64,000 nt of DNA from Adineta vaga (lineage: Eukaryota > Animalia > Rotifera), in contig CP075495.1 in assembly GCA_021613535.1 (NCBI GenBank), forward strand, positions 1,302,001 through 1,366,000, written 5' to 3'. This document shows, piece by piece, positions 24,722 through 37,918 of this stretch (position 1 is its first letter; the number at the start of each line of letters is the position of its first letter). The translations under genes were made by a program, and so were the position numbers. The notes beneath the pieces are model-generated. The model was not told the origin of the DNA. It searched no databases and saw only the letters and a list, made by a program, of their open reading frames with translations.

Positions 24722-27049
24722 AATTATGGCGCACACGACTAGTAAAGTCGATGCTTATTTGCTGGAAACAAAAATCAAGGAAACTGGTGGTGCCGCGTGC
24801 ATACATTAAATGTTTGTTTCTGTCAAACATTTCTGTCGATTGTTTGGTATTTTAGTGAGGTTTATTTTTTAATAAAGAACAGAAAACAAAGATAAGAAAA
24901 GAAAACTTATTTATCTATTTTTTGAAACAATTCGAGTTGATTAAAACTAAAATAATTTTTGAAAATCTGTTGTTCATTAGATCAATCAAAATAAATATAA
25001 GTAACCACGCTCATTTTCGAGGGCTGCACAAATACGAGTACAAATTGTATTCTGAATTTTCCCATAGACAGTATCTATAAGATAAGACTGTATTCGATAC
25101 CTTTGCGTACTGTCATATACTCCACTATATGGATCAGAAAAATGTAGAAAATATGAGGAAACCTAAACATCCTTAGTGTCTTAGAGTTTGATATAGAGGA
25201 AGCTTGGTAGAATAAGGATATGTACATCCTTCATTCATAGCTGACACGAACAAGACAAAAAATAAGGATATTTTCTGCTATTTGGTTATGTGATGTATAT
25301 TCAACTTGAGCAAAATTAGTCAAAGATGATCATGACGATATGTTTGTGTTGTCCATCACTATAATGATTAAAATTATATTTAATTACGCTCTGGAATGAA
25401 CTAAGTGAATTAAAGAAAAAACTAACGTATGCGATCTTTTTTATCCGAAATTAGAACATAGTACATGCGAACCGATTCTACGTTTTTCAGACTCATATAG
25501 GAGAATACATGATAGTACAAAGTTATCGAATACAGTGTTATCTGATAGACACTATCTACAAGAAAAATCAGGGTACAATTTGTATGTGTGCCTTTTTAAC
25601 ACAAACTATTTTATTTCATATGATCCTCCTTTCAGTCGAGGGAATAAAAAAGCTATTTTTCAAAGAATATTTTAACGTCTCACTGGTAAGTATTGTTATT
25701 CTACCTTCAATACTGTATATTTCATCTTGATGCTTTATTTTTAATAAAATATAACATCTTTCAGTATAACCTAGCTATTTTATCATAAATGTTATTATGT
25801 GTAGAATGTTAAGGAAGAGAAAATGTGACCTAATCAAATCTTTAGTTTGTCGTTACTTCCAACATACAAATCCGAAAATAACTTCTTTGCGCGTGACTTG
25901 CGTGATTGAAACATTTTCAACGATGAAGTAAAACAGATTAAAAATGGTTATCTCGATGATTTTTGTTCTTCCTTATTGAAATAGCACACAAAGAATAATT
26001 CTGTCATCATTATTACTCAATTATCTGAAGAATTAGTCTTTCAAATTTTAATTTAGAATACAAGGTTCAACGAGATATTTCTTTCTTCAAGTAGTTTCTA
26101 TTCTTATATATTATTATTAAATTATAATGAGTTGACAATTTGTATATTAGTGTAAATAAGAGAAAGCAGTACTCGAGACGTGATTATCTGTTGCTCTGTC
26201 TTTCTATTAATTTATCACGACTTTGCTTTCTATGTCGAAGAAAAACTATATATATATATATATATATCAATTAACATTAACAAATAAGTGAATCAAAGTG
26301 AAAATAATGCGTTCGTCCTAATTTTTTAGCATAGAAATATATTCTTCGTGGTAACAATATTTCAAAAACTATGTCGGCGTATTAAAATGACTTTTATCAT
26401 TATTATCGGATGACTGTCATTCAATATATCATTAGGTAACATTCGTAATAGAATGATTATTCTTCTTATATACATTTTTGATACAGATGACGTTGCATTT
26501 GGTGAAAAATTAATGTATACACAGAATTTAAGTTATTTTATTTCACTTGTATATTTAATTAGAAGAATATGTTTGCCGTGGGTATGTAGCTTGCATTTGA
26601 GGCGTTCAAAAGCTAAAATCTATTCTCTTACTAATATAATATCATTTATTAGAATGTAAGTATACATGAAAATAAAGATTCTTTTATTAAAGAAAGACCT
26701 TACTTGAGACTATCGAGCATACAGAGATACGAATTTAGTTGACATGAAAAGATGATTCAATTTATTTCTATCGCATCAATGTAGTTATACAAAGAGAAAT
26801 CGTGTCGATACTTTTCGTGATCTATCACGGAAGACAACTACATCTAAAAGTATTTTCTATTCATAGTTTGAAACACAATTTGTTTTTTTTCCGTGATAAT
26901 CTTTTATAGGAAGAAAAAGATTTTCCATTGGATATATATCGCGTGATTATGTAGAAAAGAAAGAGACATCGAGGAGAAGCATTATTTGTCAAAAAAAATT
27001 CATTCTTAAATTGTAGACTGTCAAAAAGTACGCCGATTAAAGATTAGAT

Positions 27050-29552
27050 ATGCCAACTCGGACGAAAACTTCAGTTGATTTAGCTACAAATTATTTGAAA
27101 TTTCAAACTAATGACAATTTTCCAAGTAAAATCTCATTGACATATTTATTTCTTATTTCATTGATTGGTCTTATTACTAATATATCAACAATTATTCTTA
27201 TCTCAAAGAATAGTGTTACTAAAAATTTAAAGATTAAATGGGCATTGATTGCACTAGGTATGTAGAAGTCAAGTTTTACTCACTGAAAGATTATTACTTT
27301 TATTTAATTAACATGTTATCTCTATAAAAGAAATATGATGACAATTGTAATAACGAGATTATAATTTGAGTCTATAAGAGTGAAGATCATTGTGTATGTC
27401 TAATTGATATAACAGAATTTATAAAGTAAAATATTCTCATATGAAAGAGTACATGACACGGATAAAACATACATTTATATATTTTTAGCGTTGAGCGATC
27501 TAGTGTTTAATATTGCATTATCTGTTCGTGGAATATCGGATATGATCGAAGGAGAATCAGAACGTGTCTGTATGTTCATTACATTTTTTGGTCATCTAGC
27601 TGAATTATTATCAGCATATTATACAGTTTCATTTACTATTCAACGTTATTGGGCTGTTCGTTATCCATTTGAAGCTGCTGCTAATCGTCGTTCATCACCA
27701 ATTATTCCTCTTTCATTTATATTTCTATTAAGTTCAATATTTTGTTTTTTCTTTCATTATGAAGAAAATCCTTCAGAAAAATGTCGTCCAGTACCAGCTT
27801 TACATTGGTTCATAGCAAATGCTTTATTATCCTTTGTTGTTCCATTTTTTCTTATTTTAATATTTAATATTCTAATTGTTTATTATATACGAAATTATTC
27901 ATCATTACCAATTGGTACAGAATCAATCTCATTAAAACAGACAAAGTTTACAAAAACTTCCAGCTTAGATGATGTCGATTTAGAATCGAACAAAACTAAA
28001 GAATCATCATCGGTAAGTAAACTTCGAAAACAATTGTGTAAGGCTAAAAAGAAGTTTGTAACAGTTAACATTTTGCTAACGGGGATTCATACACATGAGT
28101 TAACAAAAAAATGTAGTTTTTTTCTTTAATTTCCCTCTCCTATTGCGTTCATATCCACTTTTATGACTATTTCTTATTATACAGACAAAAAAAAAACTTA
28201 ATGTACTTTGTTTGCATCGAGTATTCATTAGATTATATTCTTGCAGGATTTTATGGTCTATTTATATATACAGAAAATAAAATATTAAACAAAACGTTTT
28301 AACTGCTTTGCGTGCATCATATTTTTTGAGATATAACATAATTCAGTGAGAGAAAAAATAGCATCATTCTTAGGTGTTAATTCAATGTCGAAGAGAATTA
28401 TTACTTAACGGATATCTCTCTACATTTTTGTATCTATGAAAGCTGTTTTATGAGAAAGAATAGAATTTCCTCGTTAGTGATGTATAGATTTAATCTATTG
28501 AAAACGAATAATGATATTATCAATTCAAGAATCTAATTGAATTTGTATTCTGGATAGAAAAAAGTATTCTAATGAATAGAAATCTACATCCTCTTAGAAA
28601 AAACAATTTTTACTGATTTCACATGTGAATATGATAATTATGTTAGGAAGAGATTAAAAATTATCAAAATCTCAATAGAATTCTGATTAAAAAAGAACAT
28701 CATTCTAGTTCACATCAGAACAATATTTTAATTATTTTTTACTATAGAGTAGAAATGAAAACAAAAGATTTCTACGAGTTTACATTACAAAATAGTAAAC
28801 TAATTTCCTGAATTAATCATTCGAACATAAATGACGATTATAGATAAAGATTTAAACTTTGTTATTCATAAATATAATTTGTAATCAGAGTCATATATAT
28901 GAAGAATTTTGAATTATAATCAATAGTAAACAAAATAAAACTATTTCTATTTCGTGATTTATAGCTCATGTAATTATTTAACTGAAATAGAGCTTTGTTT
29001 TTCATTTAGCCATTAAGTTGTATTAATACTGGAACATCGACCGATCGTCATCGATCACGAATATTTATATTATCGAAAGGACACTTTTCCAAAAAAACTG
29101 ATTATTCGTCTCAAACAAAAGACACTGAACTTACTAGTGGTATCTCATTGAGAATGTCTCAATCAATTCGTATAACACGTATGCTTGTATTTGTTTCTAC
29201 CTGTTTTCTTATACTTAATGCTCCAGCACACTTATGTGCGATTGCTTTGAAAATTTATATTGAAATCAATTCATTTATTCCACCTGGATCGACACTTATC
29301 AATTTAAATCAAGTAAAACATAATCTAATTTTAATCCCTGATACTTCAAATCAAACATATCATGAAAATATTTTATCTGTATTACAACATTCACCAATTG
29401 CTGATGATAAATCAGCATATCAACAACTTTATAAAGCAGTTTTAATTACACAAATGATACAATATGCATCATATTCTATCAACTTTTTTCTTTATTCACT
29501 TAGTGGAATTGCTTTTCGAAGTAATCTTAAACAAGTTATACAAAAACTTTGA
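27050..29552 (+). CDS. Rhodopsin-family peptide GPCR, 3 exons (27050-27257, 27489-28012, 29010-29552)
   Basis: Phase-compatible splice sites; TN in TM1, LA|LSD in TM2, FTIQRYWAVRYP, F.ILNAP in TM6, SINFFLYSLSGIAFR in TM7. Confidence 0.9.
28843..28970 (+). repeat. Dispersed AT-rich repeat, copy 2 (in GPCR intron 2)
   Basis: Aligns with 9103-9196 and with the reverse complement of 46715-46800, including the terminal aaataaaactatt...gctcatg. Confidence 0.75.
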
Positions 29553-29908
29553 ATAGTTCAAAGTGTGCACTTGTTCCTCACATCGGTTTGAATTTATATG
29601 AGACTATTATAAAGACTAACGTCGATGGTTAATATACCATTAGATTGACAATAACAGTAGGTGATAGAGTTTTTGAAGGACTGCAAAATCCACAGGTCTC
29701 TGTACTTTTACTTTATTGAAGGAAATAATTAGGGCAAAAGAGAATTTTCAAGGCACATCTTATAGTAAAACAATTAGATCTAAAAGTCAAAATACTGAGA
29801 CCATCATTCTTTATAGCGTGAATACGAATTTCCCTTCAGTTTTTAATGAATTTCTTTTGCAATTTATTTCTGAAGAATAACATATAACGGTTTAAAACAA
29901 AAAACTGC

Positions 29909-32900
29909 TCATTGCATATGTTCTTCATGATGTGCTTTTTCAATCGTTAATGGTTCATATGTCCATTTTGGATAAATACGTTTGTAAAGATTCATAAATA
30001 TAGTATCTTGTGATTTAAGAACTCCATCAAACTGACATTTCATATGACCATGTGTACCTTGAAACAGACAAAGACAATAACAACTCCAATCTCTTCATAT
30101 TAAAATAGATGTTAACTTACCAAGTGATTCTTTGATATGTCCACGTCGACCCCAACGTGTTCGTAATTCAATTGGTTTAAACCAAGTTACATCATCTAGA
30201 ATAGATGAAAATAATGTGAAATAATTCTCAAAGAAAGATTAGTAAACCTGGATTGAAGAACATAAATCGAATAACTGCTGATTTCTTATTAATTTTGAAT
30301 GGATGTCCACTTAAAACGACTCGCTTCAAAACTAAACGATCTGGATTAACAGAAACTAAAGAACCAGTTGCAACTAATTCTTGACGACCTATAATTATCA
30401 AAAACAATTCAACAAATTCATTCAATGAAATATAATTATTAACTAACCATCAGGAAATTCTTTGAAAGCCAATACAGATGCTGGAGGATATGTAATTGGA
30501 CCAAAACATGTTGCAACTAATGTTTGACGTGGTCGAAAGAATCGTTCGAACTATGAAAAGAAAAAACGATTCGTCATTCTTGTTTTTTGGTTATATAAAC
30601 AAACTTTATGTTTATCTCCATTTGAATGTTGAGAATAAATTGGTGCACTAGCAAAACGACGAAAACCAACATGAAAAATGAGACGTTCTTTTGATTTCAA
30701 TATGATTTCACTATCATTTGTACGATTTAAAACAATATTCAATACGGAAAGACATTGTTCATGTGGTAATAAACCCGATACAAAAACATGATGACCAGGT
30801 TCTAAATTTTCATCATATTTTTGCATATAAAAAATGTCTATTCAACAAACAGTCTACTTACCAAATCGTCTGACGGGTACATCTTTAACATATAAAGTAA
30901 CATAACTATGTACCTAAAAGAAAAGAATTAGTCAACAAAGAATAAAACTTTCATTTTTCTATTATTAAAATTTAATGACGAATCTGAAGAGAAATATTTG
31001 ATTAGTAAAACTTTATTACTTGAGCATGATCTTGTTTTTCTTGATTATTTTCTTGTTCAGCTTGAATTTGTTTAATCATTCCACGAAAATTTGGAAATTG
31101 ATAAATTCTTCCATAATCTTCTGGTAAATTTTCTTTTACATCCCATTTTGTTGTTCGAAAACTTTTCAATCCACGATATCTTAACAAAAGATAAAAGGCG
31201 AACATTTCAATTATCTTTCAAAAGAAAAGAAAGAAAATTACTTTTGAAATCGAACACGAGCAGGAATATTCATTGGCGTATCAATTTCATCAGGAAATTG
31301 TTCATCTAATTTTGCTTCTTTTAACTTTTTTAATCTAAAAAACAAGGAATCATGTCCATTAAAATCATTCTAATCGTTTCACTAACGTTTGTTTATCTTC
31401 TTCTAAATCGAATTTTTCATCGTAATTATTTGGATTTATAACAAGTTCATCCATTTCTTCTTCTTCTTCTTCCTCTTCTTCTTGTTGATTCAATTGAATG
31501 GATTCTAATTCATCTGCATTAGCAGTAATCATATCTTGTTCTTCATCGTCATCATCGCCACCTTCTTCATAATCCTACAATTGAAATAAATGTTAGAAAA
31601 AGCTTTTATTAGAACATTAAATTGAGACTTGTTCTTCTTCATCAGACACAATCCATGCTGCTTGATATTCTGATGTACCTTTCGGTACACGTTTTTTCAA
31701 TTGTGTTTGTTCTGCTTGTGCTTTTTCTAATTCTTCTGTAGTTGGCCATGTTTGTTCTTGATAATTATTCATTGGATCGATGTCTGCTTCGAATGCTAAA
31801 GATCGTTGAAGTTCAGGTTGTGAATTAAAGACTCGTTCAACAATTGGTTTAACAATTCCATCGGACTAAAAGAAATTGATTAAAATTGAAAAACAATCGA
31901 AAGAATTTACATCTCGTTGAAATTGATGTTGTTCAATTTTTTCTAATTGAAATGTTCCTAAACCAGGAATATACACGAGTTCATTGGCAGATAAATGTAT
32001 ACCACGAAGATAACCACTTAATTTTAATGTACTTGTCGAAGCCTAATATAAAACGAAATTAGAAGAAATTATGCATCTTATTATTTTACTTTTGAATTTT
32101 CATAGGAAAGATGTTCAGCAAATAGATAAGGTCTTAAACATCGTTTAGTTGGTTTTGTTAATTTTTGTTCTGTTAATTTTCTTAGAAGACGTTGACCATC
32201 TTGTTCACTATCTAATGCAACTAATTTCACATTTGAAAAACGTTTTTCAAGAAACTTTTCTAAATTTCTTGTTGATGATAAACGTGATGTTGCTGATGTT
32301 ACAGACATAGTATCATCATTTGAAGATGATATAACAGAATAAATAATACTTCCAGGTAAACAATGAACATTGATTAAATCAAGTAAATAATCTCCTTCAA
32401 TTGATATTCCACTCGATGATGAGATTACATAGATAATTGTATCGGACAACTAAATCAATGTTAGATTAACAAAAAACAAAGGAAATCTTCAAAAATGTAA
32501 TCAAACCTTAGCAGCATCAAGAATATTTTCCAAATTAGTCGGTGTTGGAGTTAGAAAACAAAATTTCGAACGAAGTTTCGGACATGTATAAACTCGTGCA
32601 CCACATTCTGTTGCTATATCAGTTGATCTATTATCATCAATTGAATGAGTTAATAGTTCAATTATTGAAAATACATTCACATCGGATGATAAAGGTATTA
32701 CAGTCTAGAGAGAAAGATTTCCAAGTATATCTGTTCTTTAGAAATAAATTTTCGATAATTACAATTAATTGTGGAACACCATCAATAGCACCAATTGTTT
32801 GTCTTGTTTCTTTGTTTGCTTGAAGTTTTTGTTTACGAATTTGTATAGCTGTATTAACTCGATTTTGTTTTGGTGTGACATTTAAACGTTTTAAACTTCG

Positions 32901-33100
32901 TGCATGTTTCTTTTCAGCAACACGACCTAAACAAAATATTAGGAAATTAAACAACAATAAAAAAATGAGACGAATGAATAACCTTTAGTGTTTCGTTTAA
33001 TTTCATGATTAGATCGATGACGACCTGTTTTAAATGATTTATTTTGTTGTTTTAGAGCACCTGGACGATGAACGACGTTGCTGTCACCAGTTGGAGCCAT
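29909..33100 (-). CDS. TSR1: Pre-rRNA processing protein TSR1, multi-exon
   Basis: N-terminal [98 protein letters not shown]. Confidence 0.96.
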
Positions 33101-33711
33101 ATTCTTAGTCTATCTAAAAGACAAATAGTTTACTATGATCAATTATTACGAAAAAAAAATTCACTACTTTACATTATACATTTTTTGTATAGACAAAATT
33201 GATTCGATTTTCATTGGTGCAGAAATAACTATCGAAATCTTCGATTTATTCATATGAAAATTTACTCATCGATCTCAATAGTCAATTCTAAGCTTTAAAA
33301 AGAGATAACTGTGCATAAAACTTCAAAATTTCTTTCAATAATTTATTTTTTCATAGAGGTCGCCACATGACATACACAGATCATCTTAAAAGAGATAAAA
33401 ACATTGAATTGAATATCGTATATGCAGTTTGCTACTTTCCTGCCGGATACTTTGAAAATAACTATTTCGTTATATACAATTTGTTCAGATCGGTTTTTTT
33501 TTGTAACTTTTGTTTCAAAAGAACAAGGATAAGATTTTCACTTATCATATTCTCTATATAAAACATACATTCACGAAAAGCAAATAGATAAGAATTTGTT
33601 CTATTCTCTACGTTACATTATATTAAATAAAATCAAATAGATTCTGGTCTTATACCATTGGATTGTATACGTGTATTTTTGTCAAGTTTTAGATTCGATA
33701 TTGTTCTTGAA

Positions 33712-35163
33712 ATGGCATCTGATTTATCACATGAGAACGAATTATTTTCACTCGTTTGGTTAGGAAATTCTTCGGACAAATGTGCTTTAAATATCAATAT
33801 TTCGAATGAATTTCATACAGTGGATGAATTCAAAACTTATATCATTGATAAAGATGAAAACTCGATTATTGTCATTATTTCGGATAATGTATCGTTAGAT
33901 ACAATTTTAATCACAGAATTTCCTCAAATTTGTGCTATTTATAATGATAAATTCGTCTGTTTATATTGTTCAACAGCATTGATTCCATCTGTTCATGCTT
34001 ACATGCAGAAAATTCATATTCATCAAGAAACCAAAGTGAAAACTTCATCATCATCTTGTTTATTACCAATTATTCGAAAGTATTGGTTTCTTATTGGTTT
34101 AATCGTCGCAATATTAATGGCATATCTTGTTCCTAATATAGGTAAAACTGGTGGATATATTCGTTCGGAATGGTCAGTTAAATATGGTTGTGTCATATTT
34201 ATTTTCTTTCTTAGTGGTTTATCATTACGAACTCGACAACTTGTAAAAGAAATTCTTCATATGCGTCTTCATCTTTTTGTTCAAATTTTTAGTCTATTAA
34301 TTATTCCATTTACAATTTATGGTTTAGGTTTATTATTAATACGATTAAATTTTAATAAAATCTTAATTATTGGTTTAATTATTATGGCATCAACATCAAC
34401 AACAATATCGAGTAATGTTGTCATGACAAAAAATGCAATGGGAAATGAATATGCAGCATTAGTCAATGCAGTTGTTGGAAATATTTTCGGTATATTTATA
34501 TCTCCAGCTTTAATATTTTACTTTCTTAATAATCCAATATTTCAAACAATTTCAACACAAAATACAACTGAAAATCAATTTGAATATCAACGTGTTATTC
34601 AAAAATTAGCTTTAACTGTTTTATTACCATTAATTATTGGACAAATTATTCATTTAATATGGACAAAGAAAATAACTTATCTACGTGAAAAATTTTATTT
34701 TGCTGAATTAAATAGTTTAGCTCTATTAACATTAGTTTGGGCTGTATTTTCCACATCTTTCGCAACTGGTACATTTAAATCAATAGAAACAAAAGATCTT
34801 CTCATTTTATTTTTAATCAATGCTGGTATTTATATATTTTTCTCTTTAATTATTATGATTATAGCTAGATTACCTATTCGATATTGGCAATTTTCTGAAC
34901 AAGATACAATAGCAATTATGTTTTGCGGTGCAACAAAAACATTAGCTATGGGTATTCCATTAATCAATGCATTGTATGGAAATCAACGTCAAGATATGAG
35001 TGGAGTTTTATCATTACCATTGATTATTTATCATGTTGAACAATTAATTATTGGTGCTATTGAAGTTATTCTTTTGAAAAATTGGATAAAAAAACGAATA
35101 GCAATAGAAATGAAACTTAGAAATAATGAAAATGAAATAGAAATTATCAATGTAAAAGTCTAA
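33712..35163 (+). CDS. SLC10A7: SBF-like / SLC10A7-family transporter, intronless, with ~120-aa N-terminal extension
   Basis: KYWFLIG, IFFLSGLSL, STTISSNVVMT, GNIFGIFISP, P.IIGQ, MFCGATKTLAMGIPLI, LPLIIYH. First ATG at 33712 (the ORF track starts at a TTG). Confidence 0.88.
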   Translation: MASDLSHENELFSLVWLGNSSDKCALNINISNEFHTVDEFKTYIIDKDENSIIVIISDNVSLDTILITEFPQICAIYNDKFVCLYCSTALIPSVHAYMQKIHIHQETKVKTSSSSCLLPIIRKYWFLIGLIVAILMAYLVPNIGKTGGYIRSEWSVKYGCVIFIFFLSGLSLRTRQLVKEILHMRLHLFVQIFSLLIIPFTIYGLGLLLIRLNFNKILIIGLIIMASTSTTISSNVVMTKNAMGNEYAALVNAVVGNIFGIFISPALIFYFLNNPIFQTISTQNTTENQFEYQRVIQKLALTVLLPLIIGQIIHLIWTKKITYLREKFYFAELNSLALLTLVWAVFSTSFATGTFKSIETKDLLILFLINAGIYIFFSLIIMIIARLPIRYWQFSEQDTIAIMFCGATKTLAMGIPLINALYGNQRQDMSGVLSLPLIIYHVEQLIIGAIEVILLKNWIKKRIAIEMKLRNNENEIEIINVKV

Positions 35164-35429
35164 AAATGTTTCAATCTCTTAGAATAAAGATTTTATTGTC
35201 TATGAATTCTATAGAGATGAAATATATCCTATTCATTCTTTGATTATTATGATATAAAAGCGATGATTACATGAATAAGACATTGATCATCTTATTGTTG
35301 AGAAAAAGTTAACTAATTTATTTGATGTTCTAAAAAAACAAAAGAGAGAATGTGAAAACAACATAAAGATCAACGATATATATATATATATAGTTCAAGA
35401 AAAATATCCATCACTAATCAAAACGAATA

Positions 35430-36623
35430 ATGCATAGAGAATTAGTTCCACAACAAGCATATCCAATACATACACGTTCACGTTCTCGACAAATCTGGCA
35501 GAATATAAAAGGTTAATTAATCGATTCATTTCATCCATAAAATATTCTTTATTTTAATAGATTTATTCAAAAGTTGTCTAGGTCATCAACAATTATTTGA
35601 TCATAATGGTTCACTTATTGATCTTGATCGTTTACGACAAAATATATCTGAACATGAACAATCAAATATTCAACGACAAAAAACTTGGCCTTATTTATTA
35701 AATATCTATTCACCAACAATGACAAATGTCGACAAAAAAATCTATAAAAATCGATGTCAAATACGTTATAATAAGTAAAAAAATTTCATTGTTTTTCAAT
35801 CGTTCTATTTTGAATTAATCTAGATTAAAAAGAACATGGCAAGAACGTATTTCTCGTGGTGAACAATTCTATCTTATCTTAGCAGATAAAATTCTTAAAG
35901 ATGTTCATCGTACTGATCGACATATGAAATTTTTTCGAAGTAAAAACAAATATTTTTCTCTTTTTCCTTTGGTTTTATACTTTTTAAACACTTGATTTAG
36001 AAAAAAAACAAATTCTTTTCAATATAATGATGACTTATAGTGTTTATCATCCATATCCAGGCTATAGTCAAGGTATGACTGATATGTTAACACCAATTGT
36101 TTATGTTTTTATCGATGAATCAATGAGTTATTTTGCATTTTGTTCATTAATGACTCGTTATATGAATTCATTATTTGATCAAGATCAAATTGAAATAAAT
36201 CATCGTTTATATTTATTTGATTTAATGTTTCGTTCAATTGATTATGAACTTTGGAAGAAAATTAATTTTAATCATGAAGAAACAATTGATAAAAGTTTAT
36301 TTGTTTATCGTTGGTTATTACTTGATTGTAAAAGAGAATTTCATTCTCGATTTAATGATGTTCTTCGTGTGCTTGAACTTATTTGGATAAATTCTTTCTC
36401 ATCATCATTAACAATGAATAATCGATCATTATTGACAATTTTTATTTGTATATCGATTTTAGAAGAAGATCGAAAGAGAATTTTATCGTGTTGCAATGAA
36501 GAAGATTTACATCGATATTTTTATTCATCATCATCATTATCAAGATCTCAACAGTCAACAAAACGAATTCTACAACGAGCACAAATCTATTATTTTAATT
36601 ATACATCAGGAGAAAAAAACTAA
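35430..36623 (+). CDS. TBC-domain Rab GTPase-activating protein, 4 exons
   Basis: R.KTWPYLL, arginine finger ILKDVHRTDR, glutamine finger GYSQGMTD, YRWLLLDCKREF. Splice phases consistent. Confidence 0.9.
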
Positions 36624-36636
36624 CATATTATTCGAT

Positions 36637-36951
36637 TTATATGTAGAATTTCATAATAAAAAAAGAGAAAAAAATTAAAATCAAATTTGCTTTATGTTGA
36701 ATAGCATAACCAGCTGGATCTGATGTACATTTTCCTTGTGTATCCCCACTAGTTCCATCTGGTGGACAATTAGCAAATTTTACACGACATTGAATCATAC
36801 ATTTGTAATTTGTACAGGAATCAAGTGGAAAACTTCCTTGATATGTTACTTGACAAGATTGTCCTGTACAACATGAACAACTGCAAGTTAAACAATTGAT
36901 CAATTGTGTACAACAAAGAAGAAGAAATATCCTCAATAGAATACAATTCAT
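36637..36951 (-). CDS. Small secreted 10-Cys protein with hydrophobic C-terminus (possible GPI anchor), paralog A
   Basis: Signal-like MNCILLRIFLLLCC, CxCxCCxGxxC core, 10 Cys in the mature part, and a hydrophobic tail after HKAN. Confidence 0.75.
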   Translation of the reverse strand: MNCILLRIFLLLCCTQLINCLTCSCSCCTGQSCQVTYQGSFPLDSCTNYKCMIQCRVKFANCPPDGTSGDTQGKCTSDPAGYAIQHKANLILIFFSFFIMKFYI

Positions 36952-37111
36952 ATTGTTTTTAAATAAAAGATGTAAAATGATAATAAACTTTTTGTCTTTC
37001 ATTTCTTATCTTTTTTTCTTTCGCAAACAACACATCTTGAAGATGTAAGAGATGATCATATAGAGGCAAGCTTTTCATTTTAATGTTAATCAAAGAAAAT
37101 CTAAAAATCTA

Positions 37112-37432
37112 TCACATCAATTGTTTTAAAATGATAAGAATAGGTAAAGCGATAGTAATCATTATGATATTTGCTTTTGGTTGATGAGCATAGGAAACTG
37201 ATGTACATAGACCTTGTGAACTGCCAGACTCTCCAGCCTTTGAACAGTTTGTATATTTTATACGGCATTCATCAAGATAACTTTGTGCCGTACATGAACC
37301 TGATGAAAATGCACCTTGTTCTGTTGGTCGACAAAAATTACCTCGACAACATTGACAAGTACATGTTGCATCATGAATTGTTTGTGTTAAAAAAAGTATT
37401 ACAATTATACATAGAAAAATCAAATAAATTAT
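37112..37432 (-). pseudogene. Tandem paralog B of the Cys-rich protein, no in-frame ATG and one Cys replaced by Tyr
   Basis: Same CxCxCCxGxxC...QG.F...C...CR.K..NC...G.SG..QG.C..KAN pattern. ATA at 37432-37430 where ATG is expected; 9 Cys. Confidence 0.55.
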
Positions 37433-37918
37433 TTGATTATCAAGAACTATGTTATAAGAAGAAATAAAATAAGAAACATACTTTGAATTTAATAAAAGAC
37501 TATAGTATAGAATGTTGTCTGATATTAAATGAGACTTTTGTTCGGCTTACTTAGTAGAAAAAAAAGTTAAATTGATAAAATTTTATCATTGTATCTGTGT
37601 TTATTATCTTTTTTTTAGTTCTGTACGCTATTTGAATATGAATGAGGACATTCAATTGTCATGAAAGATATTATTGATTTATTAATCGAGAAATAAAAAA
37701 GAAAATCAATCACACATCAGATGCAGTTCGATCAGTACGAGGATAAAAACGCTTATCGATTCTAATACACACTAATTGTTCTTTGTTGATCCTTCGATTT
37801 TTTTTCTCTCTTCTTCTAATACACGAAAAGACAAGCTTTTCGCATAAATATATAAGAAATAAAACGATCCATTTATGTTTTTAAAAAGAATATTTGTAAT
37901 ATATAAGAAATCAGTGTT

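Noticed and set aside
23387-24855. ORFs at 23387, 23666, 24515, 24579 and 24673
   Set aside because: They overlap GC-richer repeat fragments on both strands and have no protein motifs.
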